A stretch of 64,000 nucleotides of DNA, from NCBI RefSeq assembly GCF_003018115.1, contig NZ_CP027457.1. One strand, 5' to 3'. Below, piece by piece: positions 32,916 through 47,696 of this stretch. Every line of letters begins with the position of its first letter. Positions within the stretch are counted from its first letter, which is position 1. A model generated the notes under the pieces. The model had not been told where the DNA came from. It saw nothing but the letters and a program-made list of their open reading frames with translations, and ran no database searches. The translations under genes and the position numbers were made by a program. Source of the stretch: Escherichia coli. GTDB taxonomy: Bacteria; Pseudomonadota; Gammaproteobacteria; Enterobacterales; Enterobacteriaceae.

Positions 32916-33706
32916 TCGGTCGACTGCTTCGCGGCGGTTTTATGACCGCTATCTACGCGTACCTGTATATCCCAATCATTATTTTGATTGTGAACTCCTT
33001 TAACAGCTCGCGCTTTGGCATCAACTGGCAGGGTTTTACCACTAAATGGTATAGCTTGCTGATGAACAACGACAGCCTGTTACAGGCAGCGCAGCATTCA
33101 CTAACAATGGCGGTGTTTTCGGCGACGTTTGCTACGCTTATCGGTTCACTGACGGCAGTTGCACTGTACCGTTATCGCTTTCGTGGTAAGCCGTTCGTTA
33201 GCGGAATGCTGTTTGTGGTAATGATGTCACCAGATATCGTGATGGCAATTTCGCTGCTGGTGCTGTTTATGCTGCTGGGTATTCAGCTTGGCTTCTGGTC
33301 GCTGCTGTTCTCGCATATCACCTTCTGCCTGCCGTTTGTGGTGGTGACGGTATATTCGCGCCTGAAAGGTTTTGACGTGCGGATGCTGGAAGCGGCGAAA
33401 GATCTCGGTGCCAGTGAATTTACCATTCTGCGAAAAATCATTCTGCCACTGGCAATGCCTGCGGTGGCGGCAGGCTGGGTGTTAAGCTTTACCCTGTCGA
33501 TGGACGATGTGGTAGTTTCTTCGTTCGTCACCGGACCAAGCTATGAAATTCTGCCGTTAAAAATTTATTCGATGGTCAAAGTCGGCGTATCGCCGGAAGT
33601 TAACGCGCTGGCAACCATATTACTGGTGCTGTCGCTGGTGATGGTTATTGCCAGCCAGCTTATTGCTCGTGATAAAACGAAAGGTAACACAGGGGACGTT
33701 AAATGA
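32912..33706 (+). CDS. potC: Spermidine/putrescine ABC transporter permease PotC
   Basis: 264 aa, collinear with K-12 PotC. Confidence 0.97.
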   Translation: MIGRLLRGGFMTAIYAYLYIPIIILIVNSFNSSRFGINWQGFTTKWYSLLMNNDSLLQAAQHSLTMAVFSATFATLIGSLTAVALYRYRFRGKPFVSGMLFVVMMSPDIVMAISLLVLFMLLGIQLGFWSLLFSHITFCLPFVVVTVYSRLKGFDVRMLEAAKDLGASEFTILRKIILPLAMPAVAAGWVLSFTLSMDDVVVSSFVTGPSYEILPLKIYSMVKVGVSPEVNALATILLVLSLVMVIASQLIARDKTKGNTGDVK

Positions 33707-34749
33707 AAAAATGGTCACGCCACCTGCTCGCGGCGGGTGCTCTGGCACTGGGCATGAGCGCCGCTCACGCCGATGACAACAATACGCTGTATTTCTACAA
33801 CTGGACCGAGTACGTGCCGCCAGGACTGCTTGAACAGTTCACCAAAGAAACCGGTATTAAGGTTATCTATTCGACTTACGAGTCGAACGAAACCATGTAC
33901 GCCAAGCTGAAAACGTACAAAGACGGTGCCTATGACCTGGTGGTTCCTTCAACCTATTACGTCGATAAAATGCGTAAAGAAGGGATGATCCAGAAGATCG
34001 ACAAGTCGAAGTTAACGAACTTCAGCAATCTCGATCCAGACATGCTCAATAAGCCGTTTGACCCGAATAACGATTACTCCATTCCGTATATCTGGGGTGC
34101 GACGGCGATTGGCGTTAACGGTGATGCGGTGGATCCGAAATCTGTCACCAGCTGGGCCGATTTGTGGAAGCCTGAGTACAAAGGCAGCCTGCTGCTGACC
34201 GACGATGCCCGTGAAGTGTTCCAGATGGCGCTACGTAAGCTGGGCTACTCCGGTAACACCACCGATCCGAAAGAGATTGAAGCTGCATATAACGAGCTGA
34301 AAAAACTGATGCCAAACGTCGCAGCGTTTAACTCCGATAACCCGGCTAACCCGTACATGGAAGGCGAAGTTAACCTCGGCATGATCTGGAACGGTTCTGC
34401 TTTCGTTGCACGCCAGGCGGGTACGCCTATTGACGTGGTGTGGCCGAAAGAAGGCGGCATATTCTGGATGGACAGCCTGGCGATCCCGGCAAATGCCAAA
34501 AACAAAGAAGGCGCGCTGAAATTGATCAACTTCCTGCTGCGCCCGGATGTGGCAAAACAGGTTGCTGAAACTATCGGTTATCCAACGCCAAACCTTGCGG
34601 CGCGTAAGCTGTTAAGTCCAGAAGTGGCGAACGATAAGACGCTCTACCCGGATGCTGAAACCATTAAAAATGGCGAATGGCAGAATGACGTTGGCGCAGC
34701 CAGCAGCATTTATGAAGAGTATTATCAGAAGCTGAAAGCAGGACGTTAA
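33703..34749 (+). CDS. potD: Spermidine/putrescine periplasmic binding protein PotD
   Basis: 348 aa, signal peptide, matches K-12 PotD. Confidence 0.97.
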   Translation: MKKWSRHLLAAGALALGMSAAHADDNNTLYFYNWTEYVPPGLLEQFTKETGIKVIYSTYESNETMYAKLKTYKDGAYDLVVPSTYYVDKMRKEGMIQKIDKSKLTNFSNLDPDMLNKPFDPNNDYSIPYIWGATAIGVNGDAVDPKSVTSWADLWKPEYKGSLLLTDDAREVFQMALRKLGYSGNTTDPKEIEAAYNELKKLMPNVAAFNSDNPANPYMEGEVNLGMIWNGSAFVARQAGTPIDVVWPKEGGIFWMDSLAIPANAKNKEGALKLINFLLRPDVAKQVAETIGYPTPNLAARKLLSPEVANDKTLYPDAETIKNGEWQNDVGAASSIYEEYYQKLKAGR

Positions 34750-34806
34750 TTCAGCAAGCGGGCGGTGGTATTACCGCCCGTTTTTTAGTTAGCAAGGATG
34801 TGACTA

Positions 34807-35268
34807 ATGAGTCAGGACAGTAAAGTTTTCTTTCGTATATTCTTCGGTATCGGTCTGGTACTGATCCTCATTTCTGTTGTTATCTTTTATAACCAGTTCA
34901 CCTATAGCAAAGACGCGATTCATACCGAAGGCGTCATTGTTGATACCGTCTTGCACTCCAGTCATTCTCATCGCACGGGTAAAAATGGTTCGTGGTATCC
35001 CGTCGTTGCCTTTCGACCGACGCCAGATTACACGCTAATTTTCAATTCGAGTATTGGCAGCGATTTTTATGAAGACAGCGAAGGCGATAAAGTTAATGTT
35101 TATTATTCTCCCGGGCATCCTGAAAAGGCTGAGATAAATAACCCGTGGGTTAATTTTTTTAAATGGGGGTTTATCGGCATTATGGGCGTTATTTTTATCG
35201 CCGTCGGTTTATTAATCAGTATGCCCTCCTCTAAAAAATCACGCAGGAAACGGAAGTCCCGTCCATGA
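34807..35268 (+). CDS. ymfA: Inner membrane protein YmfA (DUF3592)
   Basis: 153 aa in K-12 synteny after potD. Confidence 0.85.
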   Translation: MSQDSKVFFRIFFGIGLVLILISVVIFYNQFTYSKDAIHTEGVIVDTVLHSSHSHRTGKNGSWYPVVAFRPTPDYTLIFNSSIGSDFYEDSEGDKVNVYYSPGHPEKAEINNPWVNFFKWGFIGIMGVIFIAVGLLISMPSSKKSRRKRKSRP

Positions 35269-36050
35269 AAAAAATCATAATACTGCTCAGTTTACTGATA
35301 CTTCTGCCTCTGACGGTAACCAGTAAGCCCTTAATCCCAATAATGAAGACACTTTTTACGGATGTTACAGGTACTGTACCGGATGCTGAGGAGATTGCGC
35401 GGAAAGCGGAGCTTTTTCGTCAACAAACAGGGATTGCGCCGTTTATCGTGGTTGTACCTGGCGTTAATGAAGCAAGCTTCAGGCAAAATGGCAAAGCGAT
35501 GCTGGCGCATGCGTCATCTTCATTGAGTGATGTAAAAGGAAGTGTTCTGTTACTTTTTACTACACGCGAGCCACGGTTAATTATGATAACCAACGGCCAT
35601 GTTGAAAGCAGCATGGACGATAAGCATCTCGGCCTTCTGGTAGAAAATCACACGCTGGCTTATTTACATGCGGATCTCTGGTATCAGGGAATCAATAATG
35701 CATTGGCTGTTTTACAAGCACAGATATTAAAACAACCGACGCCGCCACTGACATATTATCCGCATCCCGGACAACAGCAGGAGAATGATCCTCCCGGCAG
35801 CACCACGACATTAGGCCTTTTTGCCTGGGCGGTTGCATTTATCGTCTTTACTGCATTTTTTAACTACACGACGCGCCTTAATTATGCATTAAAATTTGCA
35901 GTGGCGATGACTATTGCCAATATGGGCTATCAGGCTTTATGCCTGTATATCGATAATAGCTTTGCGATTACCAGAATATCGCCACTCTGGGCAGGGCTGA
36001 TTGGTGTCTGTACGTTTATTGCCGCGTTGTTATTGACGAGTAAACGGTAA
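35265..36050 (+). CDS. ycfZ: Inner membrane protein YcfZ
   Basis: 261 aa, synteny, 4-nt overlap with ymfA. Confidence 0.85.
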   Translation: MKKIIILLSLLILLPLTVTSKPLIPIMKTLFTDVTGTVPDAEEIARKAELFRQQTGIAPFIVVVPGVNEASFRQNGKAMLAHASSSLSDVKGSVLLLFTTREPRLIMITNGHVESSMDDKHLGLLVENHTLAYLHADLWYQGINNALAVLQAQILKQPTPPLTYYPHPGQQQENDPPGSTTTLGLFAWAVAFIVFTAFFNYTTRLNYALKFAVAMTIANMGYQALCLYIDNSFAITRISPLWAGLIGVCTFIAALLLTSKR

Positions 36051-36078
36051 AAGAGATAGTAAAATGCGTGTGTATTAT

Positions 36079-36174
36079 GCCGGATGCGACGCGAACGCCT
36101 TATCCGGCCCACAACCCCGCAAATTCAATTAATTGCGTCCCCTTGTAGGCCTGATAAGCGTAGCGCATCAGGCA
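36079..36174. repeat. REP/BIME element
   Basis: GCCGGATGCGACGC..CTTATCCGGCC and TGTAGGCCTGATAAGCG..GCATCAGGCA are REP consensus units. Confidence 0.75.
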
Positions 36175-36186
36175 ATGCTTCCTGCT

Positions 36187-37008
36187 TTATAATCCCTTCA
36201 GCAACTTTTCAACAAATTCTGGCACCACCTGGCTTGCCGGGCCGTAATATTTCTCGGCAAATTCATTACCAACCTGACTCGGTTCAAGATTCAGTTCCAC
36301 GGTGTGCGCGCCATGCAGTTTCGCTTCGTGAACAAACCCAGCCGCCGGATAAACATGCCCCGAAGTACCAATGGCAATGAAAATATCGGCCATCGACAAC
36401 GCCATATAAATTTCATCCATGCCGAGTGGCATTTCGCCAAACCACACTACGTGCGGGCGCAAGGGTGCCGGGAACTGGCAGCAATGGCATTTATCTTCTG
36501 GGGTAACGTCTCCGATCCAGTCGAGAACCTGACCACTTTGTGAACAACGAACTTTCAGCAGTTCCCCATGCATATGAATCACATTGGTATTACCTGCGCG
36601 TTCATGCAGGTTGTCTATATTCTGCGTCACCAGCAAAAAGCGATCGCCGAGAGCATCTTGCAGTTTAGCCAGCGCAAGATGCGCGGCGTTAGGCTGAATT
36701 TCTGGCTGCTGCAGCTGTCGACGACGGGCGTTATAAAACGCTTGCACCAGTTCAGGATCGCGATCGAAACCTTCCGGCGTTGCCACATCTTCAACCCGAT
36801 GTTCTTCCCACAGGCCATCTGCGGCGCGAAAGGTACGAATACCTGATTCCGCAGAAATTCCTGCCCCTGTCAGTACGAGTACTCTTGGTTTTTCCATTGC
36901 TTCCGGCACCACTTTATCTCTGAAAAAAATACGCTGACGCAAACGCTCGCGCAGGCGGCGTTTATTTTTACGAAAACGACTTAACCGATGACCCCGACGC
37001 GACAGCAT
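36187..37008 (-). CDS. cobB: NAD-dependent protein deacylase CobB (sirtuin), long isoform ORF
   Basis: [19 protein letters not shown] and a CxxC Zn motif. A second start at MEKPRV gives the short isoform. Confidence 0.95.
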   Translation of the reverse strand: MLSRRGHRLSRFRKNKRRLRERLRQRIFFRDKVVPEAMEKPRVLVLTGAGISAESGIRTFRAADGLWEEHRVEDVATPEGFDRDPELVQAFYNARRRQLQQPEIQPNAAHLALAKLQDALGDRFLLVTQNIDNLHERAGNTNVIHMHGELLKVRCSQSGQVLDWIGDVTPEDKCHCCQFPAPLRPHVVWFGEMPLGMDEIYMALSMADIFIAIGTSGHVYPAAGFVHEAKLHGAHTVELNLEPSQVGNEFAEKYYGPASQVVPEFVEKLLKGL

Positions 37009-37023
37009 AGCAACCTCTGTTGT

Positions 37024-37935
37024 TTAATCGGTTAGATGTAGGAAGGCCGCACCACGCATTCCTCCCGCATCACCGTGGCGCGCACGTTCAATGCGCGGAA
37101 CACGAGCTACAGGTAAGAGATGACGAGGCAGCCTGTCCGCCAGTTGCGTTGTGATTGCCGGGAAATTCGATAAGCCACCACCAATGACGACCAGGTCAGG
37201 GTCAACAATGGTCAGGATATTTCCCAGACAAACCGCTAATAAATCCAGATAACGCTCAACGTGCGCCCTTGCCTGCTCATCGCCTTGATCATAAAGCGCA
37301 ATAATTTCGGGAGCCTGCAACGGTTGATGATAATAGTGTTGATACAGCCACGCAAAACCGCGACCAGACAGATAATTTTCAATGCAGCCATGCTGACCAC
37401 AGCCGCAGCGGCGTAACGGGAAATCCAACCCCATCATGGTTAACGCATCAACCGGCAGACGCATATGGCCAAACTCGCCGGTAATGTAGCTTTTACCGGT
37501 AATCGGTTTGCCGTTGAAAATCAGCCCGCCGCCAACGCCGGTGCCGAGAATCAACCCCATCACCAGTGGATATTGCGTAAATTCATCATCCCAGGCTTCT
37601 GAAAGGGCAAAACAGTTGGCATCGTTATCAAGGCGTACATCGCGATCAAGACGTGCGCTCAGGTCGGCACGCAGCGGTTTACCGCTGGCAGCGGGGACAT
37701 TGGCGGCATACAGCGTACCATCTTCTGTTTCCGGCATTCCCGGAATACCGATGCCGACAGAACCTTTACAGCCAAAACGTTGGTCAGCTTCAGCTACCAG
37801 CTCACACACTGCATCTAAAAATGCGTCATAGCTGTCACGCGGTGTCGGCACCCGCTTTTCCAACTGCAACTGCCGACCGCTATCAAACACGCCAAGCGCA
37901 ATTTTTGTTCCACCAATATCAAACCCGTAATACAT
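37024..37935 (-). CDS. nagK: N-acetyl-D-glucosamine kinase
   Basis: Start taken at [11 protein letters not shown] (ROK kinase). The ORF-track start at 37995 is an extension. Confidence 0.95.
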   Translation of the reverse strand: MYYGFDIGGTKIALGVFDSGRQLQLEKRVPTPRDSYDAFLDAVCELVAEADQRFGCKGSVGIGIPGMPETEDGTLYAANVPAASGKPLRADLSARLDRDVRLDNDANCFALSEAWDDEFTQYPLVMGLILGTGVGGGLIFNGKPITGKSYITGEFGHMRLPVDALTMMGLDFPLRRCGCGQHGCIENYLSGRGFAWLYQHYYHQPLQAPEIIALYDQGDEQARAHVERYLDLLAVCLGNILTIVDPDLVVIGGGLSNFPAITTQLADRLPRHLLPVARVPRIERARHGDAGGMRGAAFLHLTD

Positions 37936-37963
37936 TGCCGCTCCTTGTTTTAATGTACTGCCT

Positions 37964-41212
<3,249 letters not shown>

Positions 41213-41362
41213 TCAATCGGCTAAATTGCCATGTTTTATCATCAATCTTGCCGCCTGATCTTAATCTGAAAAATCATCCAATACAGACAGATACCCATTA
41301 CACCTCGGGTCATAACCCGCAGGATCAACCGCATGTAAATTAAAAAAGAGCGTGTTGTCCTG

Positions 41363-42436
41363 ATGAAACAAAAAGAGCTATGGATTAACCAGATCAAAGG
41401 GTTATGTATTTGTCTGGTCGTGATTTATCACTCGGTCATTACCTTTTATCCGCATATGACCACTTTTCAGCATCCGTTATCGGAAGTCCTGAGCAAATGC
41501 TGGATCTATTTCAATCTTTACCTTGCACCCTTTCGTATGCCGGTTTTTTTCTTTATATCCGGCTATTTGATTCGCCGCTATATCGACAGCGTACCGTGGG
41601 GAAATTGTCTCGATAAACGGATCTGGAACATCTTCTGGGTGCTGGCGCTTTGGGGCGTGGTGCAGTGGCTGGCGTTAAGTGCGCTGAACCAGTGGCTGGC
41701 ACCTGAGCGCGATTTAAGCAACGCTTCCAATGCCGCGTATGCCGATTCCACCGGTGAGTTCCTGCACGGGATGCTCACCGCCAGCACCAGCTTGTGGTAT
41801 CTGTATGCGTTAATTGTCTATTTCGTGGTATGTAAAATTTTTAGCCGTCTGGCGCTGCCACTATTCGCCTTGTTTGTACTGCTGAGTGTGGCGGTTAATT
41901 TCGTTCCCACGCCGTGGTGGGGAATGAACAGTGTGATCCGCAATTTGCCTTATTACAGCCTTGGCGCATGGTTTGGCGCAACAATAATGACCTGTGTTAA
42001 AGAGGTGCCGTTGCGCCGCCATCTGCTGATGGCTTCTTTGCTTACCGTTCTGGCGGTCGGTGCCTGGTTGTTTACTATCTCGCTGCTGTTGTCGCTGGTA
42101 TCGATTGTGGTGATCATGAAGCTGTTTTATCAATACGAGCAACGATTCGGCATGCGCTCCACCAGCCTGCTGAATGTGATTGGCTCCAACACCATTGCTA
42201 TCTACACCACCCATCGCATTCTGGTTGAAATATTCAGCTTAACTCTGCTTGCGCAAATGAACGCAGCACGCTGGTCGCCGCAAGTCGAACTGACACTCCT
42301 GCTGGTTTATCCCTTTGTCAGTTTGTTCATCTGTACTGTTGCGGGCTTGCTGGTAAGAAAACTTTCACAGCGTGCATTCAGCGATCTGTTGTTCTCCCCG
42401 CCTTCACTGCCCGCTGCCGTCAGTTACTCCCGCTAA
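41363..42436 (+). CDS. ycfT: Acyltransferase-3 family inner membrane protein YcfT
   Basis: 357 aa, polytopic, in synteny. Confidence 0.85.
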   Translation: MKQKELWINQIKGLCICLVVIYHSVITFYPHMTTFQHPLSEVLSKCWIYFNLYLAPFRMPVFFFISGYLIRRYIDSVPWGNCLDKRIWNIFWVLALWGVVQWLALSALNQWLAPERDLSNASNAAYADSTGEFLHGMLTASTSLWYLYALIVYFVVCKIFSRLALPLFALFVLLSVAVNFVPTPWWGMNSVIRNLPYYSLGAWFGATIMTCVKEVPLRRHLLMASLLTVLAVGAWLFTISLLLSLVSIVVIMKLFYQYEQRFGMRSTSLLNVIGSNTIAIYTTHRILVEIFSLTLLAQMNAARWSPQVELTLLLVYPFVSLFICTVAGLLVRKLSQRAFSDLLFSPPSLPAAVSYSR

Positions 42437-42563
42437 GCCATCGCCCCAGCCGGGGCGATTCAATTTGCTAAACCATGTCGATTACGGATAATGAACAGCA
42501 TTGCTTATCAGAGATATGCCCCCATATGTTGAGGCATATCCTAACGAGAATCTGACAACCGTT

Positions 42564-45500
42564 ATGCCTGAACAATATCGTTATACGCTGCCCGTCAAAG
42601 CGGGTGAGCAGCGTCTGCTGGGCGAGTTAACCGGCGCTGCCTGCGCGACGCTGGTGGCGGAAATTGCCGAACGTCACGCCGGTCCGGTGGTACTCATTGC
42701 ACCAGATATGCAAAATGCTCTGCGTTTGCATGATGAAATCAGCCAGTTCACCGATCAGATGGTGATGAATCTGGCGGACTGGGAAACCCTCCCTTACGAC
42801 AGTTTTTCGCCTCATCAGGACATTATCTCCTCGCGCCTTTCCACCCTTTACCAGCTACCGACGATGCAGCGTGGCGTACTGATTGTTCCGGTGAATACGC
42901 TTATGCAGCGCGTTTGCCCACACAGTTTTCTCCACGGTCATGCGCTGGTGATGAAAAAAGGTCAGCGCCTGTCACGAGATGCATTACGAACCCAACTGGA
43001 CAGCGCCGGTTATCGCCATGTTGACCAGGTGATGGAGCACGGCGAATACGCCACGCGCGGCGCGTTGCTGGATCTCTTCCCGATGGGGAGTGAGCTGCCT
43101 TATCGTCTTGATTTCTTTGATGATGAAATCGACAGCCTGCGGGTGTTTGACGTCGACAGCCAGCGCACTCTGGAGGAAGTAGAAGCGATCAATCTGCTGC
43201 CCGCGCACGAATTTCCGACCGATAAAGCGGCAATTGAACTGTTCCGCAGCCAGTGGCGCGATACCTTCGAAGTGAAGCGCGATCCGGAACATATTTACCA
43301 GCAAGTGAGTAAAGGTACATTGCCTGCCGGGATCGAGTACTGGCAGCCGCTATTCTTCAGCGAACCGCTGCCGCCACTGTTCAGTTATTTCCCTGCCAAT
43401 ACCTTGCTGGTGAATACTGGCGATCTGGAAAACAGTGCCGAACGTTTCCAGGCTGATACACTGGCGCGTTTTGAGAATCGCGGCGTCGATCCGATGCGCC
43501 CACTGTTGCCACCACAATCGCTCTGGCTGCGGGTGGACGAGCTCTTCTCAGAGCTGAAACACTGGCCCCGAGTGCAGCTAAAAACTGAACATTTACCGAC
43601 AAAAGCCGCGAATGCCAATTTAGGTTTCCAGAAACTGCCAGACCTGGCCGTTCAGGCACAACAAAAAGCGCCGCTGGATGCGCTGCGTAAGTTCCTCGAG
43701 ACTTTCGACGGTCCGGTGGTGTTCTCGGTAGAAAGTGAAGGTCGCCGTGAAGCGCTGGGTGAACTGCTCGCACGAATTAAAATTGCTCCGCAACGCATTA
43801 TGCGTCTTGATGAAGCCAGCGACCGTGGGCGTTATCTGATGATTGGCGCTGCCGAACATGGTTTTGTCGATAAGGTGCGTAACCTGGCGCTGATTTGCGA
43901 AAGCGATCTGCTCGGTGAACGCGTTGCCCGCCGTCGTCAGGACTCTCGCCGCACCATCAACCCCGATACACTGATCCGCAACCTCGCGGAGCTGCATATT
44001 GGTCAGCCGGTAGTCCATCTGGAGCACGGCGTCGGTCGTTATGCCGGAATGACCACGCTGGAAGCTGGCGGCATTACTGGCGAGTACCTGATGCTCACCT
44101 ATGCCAACGACGCCAAACTGTATGTTCCGGTGTCGTCACTGCATCTGATTAGCCGTTACGCAGGTGGCGCGGAAGAAAACGCCCCGCTGCATAAACTTGG
44201 CGGTGATGCGTGGTCACGCGCGCGGCAGAAAGCGGCGGAAAAAGTGCGTGATGTGGCGGCGGAATTGCTGGATATCTACGCGCAACGCGCCGCCAAAGAG
44301 GGCTTCGCGTTTAAACACGATCGTGAGCAGTATCAGTTGTTCTGCGACAGCTTCCCGTTTGAAACCACGCCGGATCAGGCGCAGGCCATTAATGCGGTGC
44401 TTAGCGACATGTGTCAGCCACTGGCAATGGATCGTCTGGTGTGCGGCGATGTTGGCTTTGGTAAAACAGAAGTGGCGATGCGCGCCGCTTTCCTGGCAGT
44501 AGATAACCACAAGCAGGTGGCGGTGCTGGTGCCTACCACCCTTCTCGCGCAGCAGCATTACGACAACTTCCGCGACCGTTTCGCCAACTGGCCGGTACGT
44601 ATCGAAATGATCTCCCGTTTCCGCAGCGCCAAAGAGCAGACGCAAATCCTTGCGGAAGTGGCGGAAGGGAAAATCGATATTCTGATCGGTACGCACAAAC
44701 TGCTGCAAAGTGACGTCAAGTTTAAAGATTTAGGCCTGCTGATTGTCGATGAAGAACACCGCTTCGGGGTGCGTCATAAAGAGCGCATTAAAGCGATGCG
44801 CGCGAACGTGGATATTCTGACGCTTACTGCAACGCCGATCCCACGTACGCTGAATATGGCAATGAGCGGAATGCGTGACCTGTCGATTATCGCCACGCCG
44901 CCCGCCCGTCGTCTGGCAGTTAAAACCTTTGTCCGTGAGTATGACAGCCTGGTGGTCCGGGAGGCGATCCTGCGTGAAATTTTGCGCGGAGGACAGGTTT
45001 ATTATCTCTACAATGATGTGGAAAACATTCAGAAAGCCGCCGAACGGCTGGCAGAACTGGTGCCAGAAGCGCGGATCGCCATCGGTCACGGGCAGATGCG
45101 CGAGCGCGAACTGGAACGGGTGATGAATGATTTCCATCATCAACGTTTCAACGTGCTGGTTTGTACAACCATTATCGAAACCGGGATCGACATCCCGACA
45201 GCCAACACCATTATCATTGAACGCGCGGATCACTTCGGTCTGGCGCAGCTGCACCAGTTACGCGGTCGCGTCGGACGTTCGCATCATCAGGCATATGCAT
45301 GGTTGCTGACACCGCATCCAAAAGCGATGACTACCGATGCGCAAAAACGTCTTGAAGCGATTGCCTCGCTGGAAGATCTCGGGGCAGGTTTTGCGCTGGC
45401 AACGCACGATCTGGAGATTCGCGGCGCGGGTGAACTGCTTGGCGAAGAACAAAGCGGCTCAATGGAAACCATCGGTTTCTCGCTGTATATGGAGTTGCTG

Positions 45501-46010
45501 GAAAACGCCGTCGATGCACTGAAAGCCGGACGCGAGCCGTCGCTGGAAGATCTCACCAGCCAGCAAACAGAAGTCGAGCTGCGGATGCCGTCGCTATTGC
45601 CAGATGATTTCATTCCTGACGTGAATACGCGTCTGTCGTTCTACAAACGTATTGCCAGCGCCAAAACGGAAAACGAACTGGAAGAGATCAAAGTCGAGCT
45701 TATCGATCGCTTCGGCCTGCTGCCGGATCCGGCGCGTACCCTGCTGGATATTGCCCGTCTGCGCCAGCAAGCGCAGAAACTGGGGATCAGGAAGCTGGAA
45801 GGTAATGAGAAAGGCGGGGTGATCGAATTTGCCGAGAAGAATCACGTTAATCCGGCCTGGTTGATTGGTTTGCTGCAAAAACAGCCGCAGCATTACCGCC
45901 TTGATGGTCCGACGCGCCTGAAATTTATTCAGGATTTGAGTGAGCGGAAAACACGTATCGAATGGGTACGCCAGTTTATGCGTGAACTGGAAGAGAACGC
46001 GATCGCTTAA
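42564..46010 (+). CDS. mfd: Transcription-repair coupling factor Mfd
   Basis: Start at MPEQYRYTLP, 1148 aa. GDVGFGKTEVA and DEEH helicase motifs. Confidence 0.97.
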   Translation: MPEQYRYTLPVKAGEQRLLGELTGAACATLVAEIAERHAGPVVLIAPDMQNALRLHDEISQFTDQMVMNLADWETLPYDSFSPHQDIISSRLSTLYQLPTMQRGVLIVPVNTLMQRVCPHSFLHGHALVMKKGQRLSRDALRTQLDSAGYRHVDQVMEHGEYATRGALLDLFPMGSELPYRLDFFDDEIDSLRVFDVDSQRTLEEVEAINLLPAHEFPTDKAAIELFRSQWRDTFEVKRDPEHIYQQVSKGTLPAGIEYWQPLFFSEPLPPLFSYFPANTLLVNTGDLENSAERFQADTLARFENRGVDPMRPLLPPQSLWLRVDELFSELKHWPRVQLKTEHLPTKAANANLGFQKLPDLAVQAQQKAPLDALRKFLETFDGPVVFSVESEGRREALGELLARIKIAPQRIMRLDEASDRGRYLMIGAAEHGFVDKVRNLALICESDLLGERVARRRQDSRRTINPDTLIRNLAELHIGQPVVHLEHGVGRYAGMTTLEAGGITGEYLMLTYANDAKLYVPVSSLHLISRYAGGAEENAPLHKLGGDAWSRARQKAAEKVRDVAAELLDIYAQRAAKEGFAFKHDREQYQLFCDSFPFETTPDQAQAINAVLSDMCQPLAMDRLVCGDVGFGKTEVAMRAAFLAVDNHKQVAVLVPTTLLAQQHYDNFRDRFANWPVRIEMISRFRSAKEQTQILAEVAEGKIDILIGTHKLLQSDVKFKDLGLLIVDEEHRFGVRHKERIKAMRANVDILTLTATPIPRTLNMAMSGMRDLSIIATPPARRLAVKTFVREYDSLVVREAILREILRGGQVYYLYNDVENIQKAAERLAELVPEARIAIGHGQMRERELERVMNDFHHQRFNVLVCTTIIETGIDIPTANTIIIERADHFGLAQLHQLRGRVGRSHHQAYAWLLTPHPKAMTTDAQKRLEAIASLEDLGAGFALATHDLEIRGAGELLGEEQSGSMETIGFSLYMELLENAVDALKAGREPSLEDLTSQQTEVELRMPSLLPDDFIPDVNTRLSFYKRIASAKTENELEEIKVELIDRFGLLPDPARTLLDIARLRQQAQKLGIRKLEGNEKGGVIEFAEKNHVNPAWLIGLLQKQPQHYRLDGPTRLKFIQDLSERKTRIEWVRQFMRELEENAIA

Positions 46011-46153
46011 TGGTAAATCGGGGGCGTTTCTGCGCCCCCATCTGCAACATTTACAAATTCTTTGCACTTCCCTGCACTATCCGACACTGTCACCATCCAT
46101 AATTCAGGCTTATCTGTTTATTACAATAACCTTATATTTATTATGGATTTTTG

Positions 46154-47116
46154 GTGATGATCAAAACGCGTTTTTCTCGCTGGCTAACGTTTTTTACGTT
46201 CGCCGCTGCCGTGGCGCTGGCGCTACCGGCAAAAGCCAACACCTGGCCGCTGCCGCCAGCGGGCAGTCGTCTGGTTGGCGAAAACAAATTTCATGTGGTG
46301 GAAAATGACGGTGGTTCTCTGGAAGCCATCGCCAAAAAATATAACGTCGGCTTTCTCGCTCTGTTACAGGCTAACCCCGGCGTTGATCCTTACGTACCGC
46401 GCGCGGGCAGCGTGTTAACGATCCCGTTGCAAACCCTACTTCCAGACGCGCCGCGCGAAGGCATTGTGATCAACATTGCGGAGCTGCGTCTCTATTACTA
46501 CCCGCCGGGTAAAAATTCGGTAACCGTGTATCCAATAGGTATTGGTCAGTTAGGTGGTGACACGCTGACACCGACAATGGTGACCACCGTTTCAGACAAA
46601 CGTGCAAACCCAACCTGGACGCCAACGGCAAACATCCGCGCCCGTTATAAAGCACAGGGAATTGAGTTGCCTGCGGTAGTGCCGGCTGGACCGGATAACC
46701 CAATGGGCCATCATGCGATTCGTCTGGCGGCCTATGGCGGCGTTTATTTGCTTCATGGTACGAACGCCGATTTCGGCATTGGCATGCGGGTAAGTTCTGG
46801 CTGTATTCGTCTGCGGGATGACGATATCAAAACACTCTTTAGCCAGGTCACCCCAGGCACCAAAGTGAATATCATCAACACTCCGATAAAAGTCTCTGCC
46901 GAACCAAACGGTGCGCGTCTGGTTGAAGTACATCAGCCGCTGTCAGAGAAGATTGATGACGATCCGCAGCTGCTGCCAATTACGCTGAATAGCGCAATGC
47001 AATCATTTAAAGATGCAGCACAAACTGACGCTGAAGTGATGCAACATGTGATGGATGTCCGTTCCGGGATGCCGGTGGATGTCCGCCGTCATCAAGTGAG
47101 CCCACAAACTCTGTAA
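46154..47116 (+). CDS. ldtC: L,D-transpeptidase LdtC (YcfS)
   Basis: LysM plus YkuD domain (..HGTNADFGIGMRVSSGCIRL). Confidence 0.9.
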   Translation: MMIKTRFSRWLTFFTFAAAVALALPAKANTWPLPPAGSRLVGENKFHVVENDGGSLEAIAKKYNVGFLALLQANPGVDPYVPRAGSVLTIPLQTLLPDAPREGIVINIAELRLYYYPPGKNSVTVYPIGIGQLGGDTLTPTMVTTVSDKRANPTWTPTANIRARYKAQGIELPAVVPAGPDNPMGHHAIRLAAYGGVYLLHGTNADFGIGMRVSSGCIRLRDDDIKTLFSQVTPGTKVNIINTPIKVSAEPNGARLVEVHQPLSEKIDDDPQLLPITLNSAMQSFKDAAQTDAEVMQHVMDVRSGMPVDVRRHQVSPQTL

Positions 47117-47198
47117 ATCCTGGATAAAAAAAATCCCCGCGACACGGCATGTCGCGGGGAAAAAATCAGCAGTAGCAGGCATTAATGAGGGTTAATGC

Positions 47199-47456
47199 TT
47201 ATTTATAAATTACTGCTGTTCCATGGAGGGTATTCGGACCGGTTACAGAAGTAATACGGAAAGATTTTGCGCCCATCTCATCCGCTTTTTGCGCCAGCTG
47301 CTCTTCCAGCGATCCCAGATTTGTCCCCGCGTTAGCACTGATTGTACCGACTTTTTGTTGGCCTTCTGGCGTTGACTGAACTTCGACAGCCGCAAAGCTG
47401 GCAAATGACATGGAGCTTAAAATCGCCGCAGCGATGAGGGTTTTTACGTTTTTCAT
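47199..47456 (-). CDS. bhsA: Multiple stress resistance protein BhsA (YcfR)
   Basis: 85 aa, YhcN family, in synteny. Confidence 0.9.
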   Translation of the reverse strand: MKNVKTLIAAAILSSMSFASFAAVEVQSTPEGQQKVGTISANAGTNLGSLEEQLAQKADEMGAKSFRITSVTGPNTLHGTAVIYK

Positions 47457-47696
47457 AATAGTGGCCTTATGCAGATGAATGACGTCGCAAGCAATTACTT
47501 AACGATCGATAACTAAATGATAGATGTGATCTGGATCACATACAAGATATTTTTTATAACAATCATTAATTAATTTAAAAATCTTTAAATTTCAGTTAAA
47601 TAGAAAGCAATTATTTTTATGGGATCTGGACTGGTGAACGGAGGTGATTATTTTTATAATAACCTTTCATTCACAGTCACCAGGTATAACGGCATC